A DNA stretch of 64,000 nucleotides from the IMG/VR virus record IMGVR_UViG_3300020187_000010; one strand, given 5' to 3'. Under the pieces are notes generated by a model. The model saw nothing but the letters and a program-made list of their open reading frames with translations. It had not been told where the DNA came from and did no database searches. The stretch is from a virus. Below are positions 55,848-64,000 of the stretch, piece after piece (position 1 is the first letter of the stretch; each line of letters opens with the position of its first letter). The translations under genes were made by a program, and so were the position numbers.

Positions 55848-56849
55848 CTACGAAGTTGTTACGTTATCAGTTTTATTTATCACAATCCACTGAGTCCCAA
55901 ACCACATCAAAGTAACAGATTCGTTCTGTGGTAGTATAAGACTTGCATACGCAGCAAGATTACTTGAAGTTTCGTTAATAGTTTGTGTACCCGCACCTTT
56001 ATTAACAAGATATTTAACTTCACCATTTAGTCCAGATGTACCACTCGCTAAACTGTGTGCACCGGTAGTACTATTGGTGAATAATGTTATTGGTGAATTT
56101 GCACTTACAGTACCACCACCTGTCGAAATACCCTGTGTTTTTAATACAAGTTTAGAGTCAACTTTAACTCCACCATTACCCGAACCCTTGAGTGATAGTG
56201 CGGAGTTTGGTTCACCCGCAGCTTGCACTATTGCAGGTACGCTAGTGGGGGAGTTACCAATTCGAATAAAGTTTGTTGCAGAACCGGAGTCTTGGAATTG
56301 TATTAATTCGTTACCCGCACTATCAAGAATCTCTTTACCGATAACCGGAGAGTTAAGAGTAGGATTCTGAAGTGTCTTGTTCTTTAATATTGCGGTGTGG
56401 TCATTAAATACAAAAGTATCTGCCGCACCCAACAGTGGTAATGTAATTGTTCTATTCGCAGCCAACTCATTCACTGCAACCACATATCTGTGATTCGATG
56501 AAGTGTCATTAATCTGTGGGGTAGTCAAAATAGGACTTAGTAAAGTCTTGTTAGACAATGTTTGTGTTGCAGAGTCCATAACCAATGCACCAGAATAGTT
56601 CGGTATTGTAACCGTGTTATCTGCTGTTGGGTTAGCGACTTGCAAACGAGTCTCAAAATTGTTCTCGACAGATCCTTCGAATATAATACCCGAAGAGTCA
56701 AAGTCGATCAACGCCATCAGAGATGCACCATCTCCAAGTTTGCTGTAGATCTCTTGGAAGTTTTGTTCAATCTTCAACGATGCAGTACGAAGTGTATCAC
56801 CCGTACCATCGTTCGCGATTGTGCCTCTGTTTAATACTTGTCTAGTCAT
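55848..56849 (-). CDS. Baseplate tail-fibre connector (gp9/gp10-like N-terminus)
   Basis: GTIANDGTGDTLRTA..KI..NF.EIY motif; QTL.NKTL..P repeats. Confidence 0.75.
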   Translation of the reverse strand: MTRQVLNRGTIANDGTGDTLRTASLKIEQNFQEIYSKLGDGASLMALIDFDSSGIIFEGSVENNFETRLQVANPTADNTVTIPNYSGALVMDSATQTLSNKTLLSPILTTPQINDTSSNHRYVVAVNELAANRTITLPLLGAADTFVFNDHTAILKNKTLQNPTLNSPVIGKEILDSAGNELIQFQDSGSATNFIRIGNSPTSVPAIVQAAGEPNSALSLKGSGNGGVKVDSKLVLKTQGISTGGGTVSANSPITLFTNSTTGAHSLASGTSGLNGEVKYLVNKGAGTQTINETSSNLAAYASLILPQNESVTLMWFGTQWIVINKTDNVTTS

Positions 56850-56877
56850 TCTCTTTTTACCTAAAGATTATATGTTC

Positions 56878-56885
56878 TATTTATA
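56878..56885 (-). promoter_or_regulatory. T4-type late promoter
   Basis: TATAAATA upstream of the gp9-like gene. Confidence 0.72.
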
Positions 56886-57995
56886 CTAATAATTGTTATC
56901 TATTACTTCACGGAGAGAAATTTCTCCATCAGAATCTCCGACCGGAGTCTGGAATAGATTATTATCAGAATCTATACGAGAAACCTGTGGGTTCCACGTG
57001 AAGGTTTCTTGATCTATACTTTCTGTAGATGATAAATCGAATCCAGAGTAAGTAGTTGAACCGTCACTATCATCATCCAACGTTGGGGAATCAGGCGTGA
57101 GGTATTCACCAAGACTTGAATACAGTCTATCGAGGTTATCGATTGTAAGATCTTGCACGTCATTCAGGTCATTACCCATAGGTATACCCAGATACAATTC
57201 ACTTGAGTCTCTGGCCAGGCCTGCACTACTACCCATATTTGTTCGGAACTTCAAAGTTCCTCCTTCATCGGTCGCACCAAAGTCGAATAGTGCGGTATGT
57301 TGTTGGAAACCAAGTGGTGATAATCCACCAATACCTTCCAATACAATCGGTGGTTTGATTGCTTCGCCCGGATCATACTGTAACTGATCTATTGATGCAG
57401 TACCTACGATTTGAGTGAGACCACCAAGGTACATACCGGCAGGATGCACCATGAGTTTATATGCATCACGCCATTGCGCAAGAGAAAGTTCTGATCTAAT
57501 CTGTATTGCGTAGGTTTGATATAGTTTATTGTCAGTAAGGTACCTTGCACTCTCTGCACCAACCTTAGACTCATTCAACTTGAATATGTATTGTTTTGTG
57601 TAAACAACATCTGGTTCAATGTCAAAGAAAGTTTTAAAGAATTGTCGAATACTGTATCTAGTACCTTTGGCACGATACAGATAACTTGAGTATTTTACTG
57701 CGGTTCTTTTATCAACAAACCCTTGAAAGTAATTCTGACCTAACAGATACTCATCTTCAAAATAAGTAAGAAGATCCAAATCTGTTTGTGACACATCTCG
57801 CGTCTCGAACATGTTGTTCAAAAAACGAGTCAACGAATCTTCTTGATTCTCAAAGTCAAAGTAGGCCTTGATGAAACTTACAAACTTAGGATACTCTGCA
57901 AGGATATGCGAAGGTAAGACGGACTCGATCTGATCCGCTCTCAGATTGATGTCACGTCTTGTAGTATCTTTATGTGTTTTATCGAATATTGACAT
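56886..57995 (-). CDS. Baseplate wedge protein (gp7-like)
   Basis: YPKFVSFIKAYF, YRAKGT..SI..FF, MVHPAGM; follows gp6. Confidence 0.75.
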   Translation of the reverse strand: MSIFDKTHKDTTRRDINLRADQIESVLPSHILAEYPKFVSFIKAYFDFENQEDSLTRFLNNMFETRDVSQTDLDLLTYFEDEYLLGQNYFQGFVDKRTAVKYSSYLYRAKGTRYSIRQFFKTFFDIEPDVVYTKQYIFKLNESKVGAESARYLTDNKLYQTYAIQIRSELSLAQWRDAYKLMVHPAGMYLGGLTQIVGTASIDQLQYDPGEAIKPPIVLEGIGGLSPLGFQQHTALFDFGATDEGGTLKFRTNMGSSAGLARDSSELYLGIPMGNDLNDVQDLTIDNLDRLYSSLGEYLTPDSPTLDDDSDGSTTYSGFDLSSTESIDQETFTWNPQVSRIDSDNNLFQTPVGDSDGEISLREVIDNNY

Positions 57996-59842
57996 TAGTT
58001 ACTCGCTGTGGTACGTAAACCTTTCGCACTTAATCTCGTATTATCATAATCTAGAATGTATTCTCTCTGTGGTACTATAGCACTTGCGTTAGCAGGAGTA
58101 CATGAAAGTTTGATCAACTTCGATTCGTCCGACTTAAATCCTACAAGATTGATGATACCAGAACCGGATTCGTAGAAACCGATGTTGTCGGACTTCACGT
58201 CACCTGTACCAACATCAATGATCTGGAGTTTGTTTGTGGTCAGAAGATTTCTAATCTTACAGTTTAATGATTGTCCACCAAAGGTACGTTTGAACGTAGA
58301 AGATTCTATAATGAAGTTCACATCATCCGGATTGGCGATAGGAGAAGGAAAACTAAATTTGAAATCCTGTTCTACACCAGCCGAAGGCGTGAAACGTTGT
58401 TGCATCTTCACATCTGCGCGAGATGATAGAATAGCAGGACTCACGTCATCCACCAAAGTCAATAAGTTAGACCTACGGAATGCCTGTCCAAACTTACCGG
58501 TATTGGTCGAGAAGTAATCTAGCATTACACCTTTAACTTGTTCTTGAAGTGCATTGATCGACAAGTTAGTATAGTCCGGATTGTATTGGAAGAAGACATT
58601 GGTTTCGACAAAAGTCTCTACCGGATCAGTAAATTGTAATCCAAACGAAGCAATAGAAAGTTGATCGACCAACACTCTGATATCGTCTTTAGTGATATCT
58701 TCTAGGGATTGTGTAACATCCCCTTTGAATTTTATTGACAGGAAAGTCTGACCATATTCTGGTTGAAGATTGTCTTCTCCACCCCATGCGATAATGTCTT
58801 CGATCAATGCACCATATGAACGTAACACCAAGTTAGCATAGTCAACGTGTGTTACCATTCTATTCTGTGTTGCATATCGGAATGGCGCATTTCGTCTAAT
58901 AGAATCCAATGTTTCTTTATTAGTACCACCAACAGATCTATTGACTGTTGATACTACAGGTAATCTTTGTAGACCACTACCACTAGTCGGTTCGGTCACT
59001 TCTACCGTATTAAGGGGTTCGAATAATCGTCCACCATTTGCATTCGCACCATCTACCGAGAGATACTCAACTGTGATCTTTGCACCAGCTTTAGGTACCG
59101 CACCAAGTGTGGAACCATTACCAAAGGTTAACTCATAGTAACCATTTGGTGCTTCCTTTAGAATGTATGCAGGAGTGGTTGCAGTTATATTAGTTGCGGT
59201 TTCTAGATTGACATAAGTGGTAAAGTCATCCGAAGTCGAACTCTCGTATATCTTAACTACCGCAGTCGCACGGTCAAGGTTAAGATCGGGAATGATGTAC
59301 ATAGTTTCTTCTGCATCTTCCCCTGCAAAGAAAGTTTTAGTCTTTGCAACACCTTCGTAAATAGGGATACTGGTAGAACCCGACAGTGTTGTGAACTGGA
59401 AGAAGTTGTTACCATCATTAGTAGCCTGAATCAATTCCTGAGTCTGGAATGTATAAGACGCATCATCAATAGCTGCGGTAAACTTATATCCAGATGCAAT
59501 CTGTAGAGTTTCGGGTACATCTGATTGATCGATACCAATGTTGAAAGACATGTTGATATTTGCTTGTGCCGCAGTTTTTGACTGTGGTACATAACCCAGT
59601 GTCTCTGCGTGTGATACGACCGAAGATCTCAACTGTGCAGTATTCAAGAATGATTCATTCAATGCCATATTTGCAGTGAGACCATTCAAATGCGTATTGT
59701 AAGCCAATACATCCAATAGATTAGATATACCAGACGCTTCGAAGTCATAGTCCGAAAACTCCGACTGTTGTTTTAAATATGTCTTTAGATTGTTTTTGAT
59801 TGCATCAAAATCTAAAGATGAGGAGTTAATAGTCGTTGCCAT
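57995..59842 (-). CDS. gp6: Baseplate wedge subunit gp6
   Basis: LDFD.IK.NL, DYDFEASG...LLDVLAYNTH, AQLRSSVVSHA, QNRMVT..DY. Confidence 0.96.
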   Translation of the reverse strand: MATTINSSSLDFDAIKNNLKTYLKQQSEFSDYDFEASGISNLLDVLAYNTHLNGLTANMALNESFLNTAQLRSSVVSHAETLGYVPQSKTAAQANINMSFNIGIDQSDVPETLQIASGYKFTAAIDDASYTFQTQELIQATNDGNNFFQFTTLSGSTSIPIYEGVAKTKTFFAGEDAEETMYIIPDLNLDRATAVVKIYESSTSDDFTTYVNLETATNITATTPAYILKEAPNGYYELTFGNGSTLGAVPKAGAKITVEYLSVDGANANGGRLFEPLNTVEVTEPTSGSGLQRLPVVSTVNRSVGGTNKETLDSIRRNAPFRYATQNRMVTHVDYANLVLRSYGALIEDIIAWGGEDNLQPEYGQTFLSIKFKGDVTQSLEDITKDDIRVLVDQLSIASFGLQFTDPVETFVETNVFFQYNPDYTNLSINALQEQVKGVMLDYFSTNTGKFGQAFRRSNLLTLVDDVSPAILSSRADVKMQQRFTPSAGVEQDFKFSFPSPIANPDDVNFIIESSTFKRTFGGQSLNCKIRNLLTTNKLQIIDVGTGDVKSDNIGFYESGSGIINLVGFKSDESKLIKLSCTPANASAIVPQREYILDYDNTRLSAKGLRTTASN

Positions 59843-60291
59843 TATCGTAACCTATTCAGTCTGGTTGTAAATTCTACGGATTGACTAGAATTTACGATGT
59901 TAAAAATTATCGTAAGTGTAACACTGTTTCCGTTCTCATCTACTTCGGGAATTACTTGTAGAGTTTCGGAATTTATTCTTGGTTCGAAAACACGAATATT
60001 CTGTATAATCGCATTCTGCATTTGATTGATTGTGCCTTGATCCATCAACTCAAAAAGATAACTATTGAGGTTCGCACCAAAGTATGGAGAAAAAGGTTTC
60101 TCGGTGCGGTTGGTCATCAATAAGTTTTTCAAAGATTGTGTGACAGATGATACCGCAGTTTTCTTATACACGTCACCGGCACCCTTCGCTGCAAACGAAA
60201 GGTCAATGTCGATATACTCATTGTTCGATGTCGATTTGACAGTTGAAAAGTTTCCTAATCCCCCGTCTTCTATAGAAAATGCTCTAGCCAT
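59842..60291 (-). CDS. gp25: Baseplate wedge subunit gp25
   Basis: YIDIDLSF, SLKNLLMTN..EKPF.P.FGANL, FEPRI. Confidence 0.93.
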   Translation of the reverse strand: MARAFSIEDGGLGNFSTVKSTSNNEYIDIDLSFAAKGAGDVYKKTAVSSVTQSLKNLLMTNRTEKPFSPYFGANLNSYLFELMDQGTINQMQNAIIQNIRVFEPRINSETLQVIPEVDENGNSVTLTIIFNIVNSSQSVEFTTRLNRLR

Positions 60292-60317
60292 TTGTCTTTC
60301 CTAAAATATTATAGTTC

Positions 60318-60325
60318 TATTTATA
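60318..60325 (-). promoter_or_regulatory. T4-type late promoter upstream of gp25
   Basis: TATAAATA. Confidence 0.72.
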
Positions 60326-60938
60326 CATCTTCGAGAACTTCTACCAACTCATTCTTTGCAAAAAGTATTCCGTTGTATCTTGTTTCCAATTCATTTTTAT
60401 AGTATAACTTCCAAGTAATTCCATCTACCTTTGGCATTACGACTGTTACTTGTGCATTGAGTTTTCCTGTTGGATCCCACTTATCATATTCTAGAATAAG
60501 TTTATCGTATCCAACATAGTCCTTGATATACTCAGCAAGATCGAATGTTCTTTCATAATCGATCTCACCCTTCTCATCAACTACTTTGTAACTTACCATT
60601 TGACCGTCTTGTTTTAGAAGATTTTCTCCTGCAACTGTTTCTAGAGGGCCACCACGATAAACCCCTTCCGATACAATAAGACGCACATCTTTGAACATGT
60701 CAATGTTTCCATTGATTCTACGGAACAACTCTGCGTGTAGATAGAGATTGTATGCAAGTTGTTGTCTATCATTAGGACTGTTTTGATATTTGTCTATGGT
60801 CGATAAACTACATGGGTTTCCTTTACTGCCAAGAAACTTAGAGACTGATACTCCAGGCGCAAGTTTAGTGAACGAAGTAATATCCTTCGCATCAACTAAA
60901 GCTGGATTGTATTTCTGATCTGGTACAATTGTTATCAT
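60321..60938 (-). CDS. Hypothetical baseplate-region protein
   Basis: 205 aa, ATGA-coupled to the gp5-like gene; YDKLILEY motif. Confidence 0.6.
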   Translation of the reverse strand: MITIVPDQKYNPALVDAKDITSFTKLAPGVSVSKFLGSKGNPCSLSTIDKYQNSPNDRQQLAYNLYLHAELFRRINGNIDMFKDVRLIVSEGVYRGGPLETVAGENLLKQDGQMVSYKVVDEKGEIDYERTFDLAEYIKDYVGYDKLILEYDKWDPTGKLNAQVTVVMPKVDGITWKLYYKNELETRYNGILFAKNELVEVLEDV

Positions 60939-62371
60939 TTGAATCTTTTACCTCTATTCTTCACGGAGTTACCAAGTGGAGTATAACCAAATCTTGGAGA
61001 TGTTTCTTTCTTGGCAATACGTCCTACCTTCGGAGGTAAAGGATTTTCCCAGTCGGATGCAATCATACCATTCTTTATCAGTGCATCGGGGAATGAGATA
61101 CCTTTCTCGTTCACGATTGTTCTGTTCGCTTCGTCTCGCATGGTAGATCGAATTTCATTTATAGTGGGTTCTTTTTCAAACAGTCCCGCATAGTCATCAC
61201 GTAACAGTATATGATTGCGTATTGCATCTTTACTATCAATTGATATTGCACGTATAGACAAATGTCCATCTGACAGAAGACCTGCAACTGCATCTGTCTT
61301 AGGTATTGGTTTCAGTGGAGATAAAGATTCCATATTCTTAGGCACATCAGGCGCCCCTCCGGAGGGTTGTCCACCTTTCTCCTTGGATGCAAGTTGCGCA
61401 GTCTTCGCATTCTCTGCTTTATGCGCATACTTGGATTTGATTGCTTCGAGTGCCTGTCCATGGAAAGAACCATAGAATGATGCACCCGAAGTAAATGGTA
61501 CCGCACCTTGTGGCCCCATGTAAACAGGGCCAGTGAACTCGACTTGTTCCCCTCCAATCGCACCTTTCATACCAAGTACTGATATTTCAGTTGCAGAGAT
61601 ATTACCCTGCAATGCAGTCATCACAAATTCTTCTTCGGCAGATACATGGAAACGATTACCGGTGAACATTTCAATCTCAGCACCTACGTTATTTTTCCAA
61701 TGACCTTTGATGGTACCATAACAGTTACCCAAAACAATATCTGATTTGTGTTCGACTGTCTTGTTTACCGCAGTACCTTTAGTTGTATAATTGGTGTTCA
61801 GTCCTACCGTTGTGGTGTTGTTCTTACGTATCTCGGTGTTGGTATTGCCATCAACGTTGACATTGTAATCACCCCCAACATTGACATTATAGTCACCTGT
61901 CACTTCAAGGTTGAGGTTTCCATTATACACCAACTTACCGTTACCTTCAACAATGACAGTTTGGTCACCACCAGTAACCTCGACCTTGTTATTGACCGCA
62001 GAGATGACCACAGACCCGTCTGCGCGGACTTCTACACCCGCACCCTTACGGTGTTTGATAAGAATACGTTCACCGCCAGGCGTGTCATCATACGAGATGA
62101 TATGACCCGATGCGGTTTCTTTTACTTGGTTGAACGGGAAACGAGAAGGTTCTTGGTCTTCGAGATCCAAGTCTGTTCCTTCGGTACCACCACCAAGATA
62201 AAGATTCTCTACTTTGAGACCACGTGCAGATCTATTTAATGAAGACCCATAATGATATTCCCTTTTGGGAAATTCTCCAGTAGGATCTTGGAAACCATCA
62301 ATTGGAACACCTTCGGTATTTTCAATTGCAGGATTGTCACCTATCGTTTTTTTATTTGTTGTAGTTGTCAT
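60935..62371 (-). CDS. Baseplate hub gp5 C-terminal part (beta-helix spike), no lysozyme or OB domain
   Basis: FQDPTGEFP, FPFNQVKETASGHIISYDDTPGGERI..H..G, V.G repeats. Confidence 0.8.
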   Translation of the reverse strand: MTTTTNKKTIGDNPAIENTEGVPIDGFQDPTGEFPKREYHYGSSLNRSARGLKVENLYLGGGTEGTDLDLEDQEPSRFPFNQVKETASGHIISYDDTPGGERILIKHRKGAGVEVRADGSVVISAVNNKVEVTGGDQTVIVEGNGKLVYNGNLNLEVTGDYNVNVGGDYNVNVDGNTNTEIRKNNTTTVGLNTNYTTKGTAVNKTVEHKSDIVLGNCYGTIKGHWKNNVGAEIEMFTGNRFHVSAEEEFVMTALQGNISATEISVLGMKGAIGGEQVEFTGPVYMGPQGAVPFTSGASFYGSFHGQALEAIKSKYAHKAENAKTAQLASKEKGGQPSGGAPDVPKNMESLSPLKPIPKTDAVAGLLSDGHLSIRAISIDSKDAIRNHILLRDDYAGLFEKEPTINEIRSTMRDEANRTIVNEKGISFPDALIKNGMIASDWENPLPPKVGRIAKKETSPRFGYTPLGNSVKNRGKRFK

Positions 62372-64000
62372 ACGGCCTTCTTCAGTTTCAGACCATTTCG
62401 GTCTAATGATGTTTCTGTCAATGGATCTGCGTAAACAGTCTTCTTACCAAACTTGTTCTCAACAAAAGATATAACATCAAAGTACGGATCTTGAGATGAG
62501 ATGTCAATGTCATTGTGACCGAGAACTTGACCGCCCGGAACTATCTGGTAGAATATTTCTAGAATATTTTCTAGTGTCTTCATCTGAGATATAGTGAATG
62601 AACTCGCGGACAAATTCAATAAAGGATTGTCAGCTTCGGTCGCGACATTCACACCACCTACCAAACACACATCAATACAGTTAAACTTGTGGCGGTTGAT
62701 GTCACTTGCATCCGCAACATTATCTAAGGGTAGTCCACGTTGAAGTGTTCCGTCACGTCTAATGACCAGATGGTATTGGATACCAACATGTCCTGCTTCG
62801 TTGTGTCTTAGTTGAATCTCTTCTGCACCAATGTTTGCATTCGTGTAGGTTTCACTTGCATGAATTACAACCTCGGATATCTGTCGAGTCATTTTAACAA
62901 ACTCTAATCCAAGTTCTTCTTTAGAGTCTATGTAAGAAAATTCTCTAATATACCCTGCGGAATATCTTTTAGAGAGTTCCAATAGATCCAAATCTTCGGT
63001 GAAGAATTCACCCGCTTCGGAGACAACACTTCCTGCTATTGTAGTATCTACTTGACTAAGTGCATTCTCAATCTTAACAGACTGATTTTTAAAGTTTTGT
63101 AATTCGGTCTCGGATATTCCGGCAGCTCTTGCTTTACTCTGAACCTTGAGATTAAATTCTTCAACATTATTAGCATCTGTGCCTCTAATTATTGTTTTTA
63201 ATTCTGGAGATAATGTTTTATCTTTCAGTGTCAGTGCTTTGGTTGCTTTGGTGAGATTGATATCCCCGCCAGTCATGACATCGTTCATGATACCAGAGAG
63301 GAAATCTTTATCGAGTTCTTCACCTGCACCGAACAGTCCCGTAAGAATACCGCCGACCGAACCAGTCAAATCTTCGAATAGATCTTGTGCAGTACCAAAT
63401 CCTAAGTTTATATCAGAAGAAACATTGTTAACAAGATCTGTTACCGCACTTCCGATACTACTTGTAATAGCACTGAACCCATCCGAGATTATACCTTTTG
63501 CTTCATTGAGTCCAGTCTCTAATGCGGAAGTCAGTGATCCTGTCGCTGTCGCAGATGCGTTGGCAATAGTATTACCGACACCTTCGACTGCGGATACCGC
63601 ACTTGCAACTTCATCTAGTAAACCACCACTCTTTGACTTATTGGCAACTTCATCCAATTTACTCTGTACGTTCCCTATACCTTCGGTTATAGAAGCACCC
63701 AATTCATCACCACCGGCTTTGGCTTCGGATGCTGTTGTCTTGATCGAACTCAATAACGTACCTTTTCTTTCGGACGCATCTTCGATTGCACCGGCAAGTT
63801 CATCAAGTGCAGAACCACCCAATGAAACGATAGTGATACTTTCTACAGGCGGAATGATTCCTGTCAATGATTTTGTAATCTCGGGAACAGTACTCGGTGA
63901 GTTTTCTCCGGTCTGTACTACGGTAGGTACTAATTCACCATCAACCAATTGTGTTATTGGATTACCTGCGGAATCTTCGGTAGGGAGTCCGCTCCCATCT
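62368..64000 (-). CDS. Baseplate-region protein with C-terminal N-acetylmuramoyl-L-alanine amidase (Amidase_2, T7 lysozyme-like); 5' end outside window
   Basis: VVIHASET, GIQYHLVIRRDG..Q.G.P, VCLVGG, LGHND...QDPYFDV; frame stays open from 63948 to the window edge. Confidence 0.8.
   Translation of the reverse strand, partial: DGSGLPTEDSAGNPITQLVDGELVPTVVQTGENSPSTVPEITKSLTGIIPPVESITIVSLGGSALDELAGAIEDASERKGTLLSSIKTTASEAKAGGDELGASITEGIGNVQSKLDEVANKSKSGGLLDEVASAVSAVEGVGNTIANASATATGSLTSALETGLNEAKGIISDGFSAITSSIGSAVTDLVNNVSSDINLGFGTAQDLFEDLTGSVGGILTGLFGAGEELDKDFLSGIMNDVMTGGDINLTKATKALTLKDKTLSPELKTIIRGTDANNVEEFNLKVQSKARAAGISETELQNFKNQSVKIENALSQVDTTIAGSVVSEAGEFFTEDLDLLELSKRYSAGYIREFSYIDSKEELGLEFVKMTRQISEVVIHASETYTNANIGAEEIQLRHNEAGHVGIQYHLVIRRDGTLQRGLPLDNVADASDINRHKFNCIDVCLVGGVNVATEADNPLLNLSASSFTISQMKTLENILEIFYQIVPGGQVLGHNDIDISSQDPYFDVISFVENKFGKKTVYADPLTETSLDRNGLKLKKAV

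Noticed and set aside
15-62474. Plus-strand ORFs in the track (e.g. 20595-21239, 28217-29071, 47582-48097, 50633-51172)
   Set aside because: They are antisense shadows of well-supported minus-strand genes, with no recognisable motifs.
1-64000. Stop-codon reassignment
   Set aside because: Core genes are full length under the standard code and end in TAA, TAG and TGA; no suppressor tRNA in the window.

Overview
A 64-kb segment of a T4-like myovirus, probably marine, with essentially all genes on the minus strand. Left part (1-14.4 kb): replication, recombination and transcription core (regA, gp62, gp44, gp45, gp46, gp47, gp55, uvsW, uvsY), interleaved with accessory genes (glycosyltransferases, JmjC cupin, sulfotransferase, dCMP deaminase, MazG-like pyrophosphatase, peroxiredoxin, TagD-like cytidylyltransferase, Mom-like GNAT, 2OG-Fe(II) oxygenase-like) and two tRNAs; five exact TTGACA-N17-TATAAT promoters lie upstream of core genes. 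Middle (14.4-27.9 kb): gp3 and the gp23-gp13 head, tail and packaging cluster, with TATAAATA late promoters. Right (27.9-64 kb): fibre and baseplate genes (gp8, gp9-like, gp7-like, gp6, gp25, split gp5, amidase). The standout is a late-expressed locus at 34.9-45.3 kb. It encodes two paralogous giant proteins (1786 and 1028 aa) built from 4-residue words whose N-terminal arm is word-for-word complementary to the reversed C-terminal arm (xRxR/xRxS opposite xGxY; xSxY opposite xRxF; 6-mers opposite 6-mers). This implies single-chain antiparallel beta-hairpin filaments with arms of about 634 and 320 residues. They are followed by a hypothetical protein, a glycosyltransferase and a non-canonical 2OG-Fe(II) oxygenase-like gene that may modify them. 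All calls come from reading the sequence; no searches were run.
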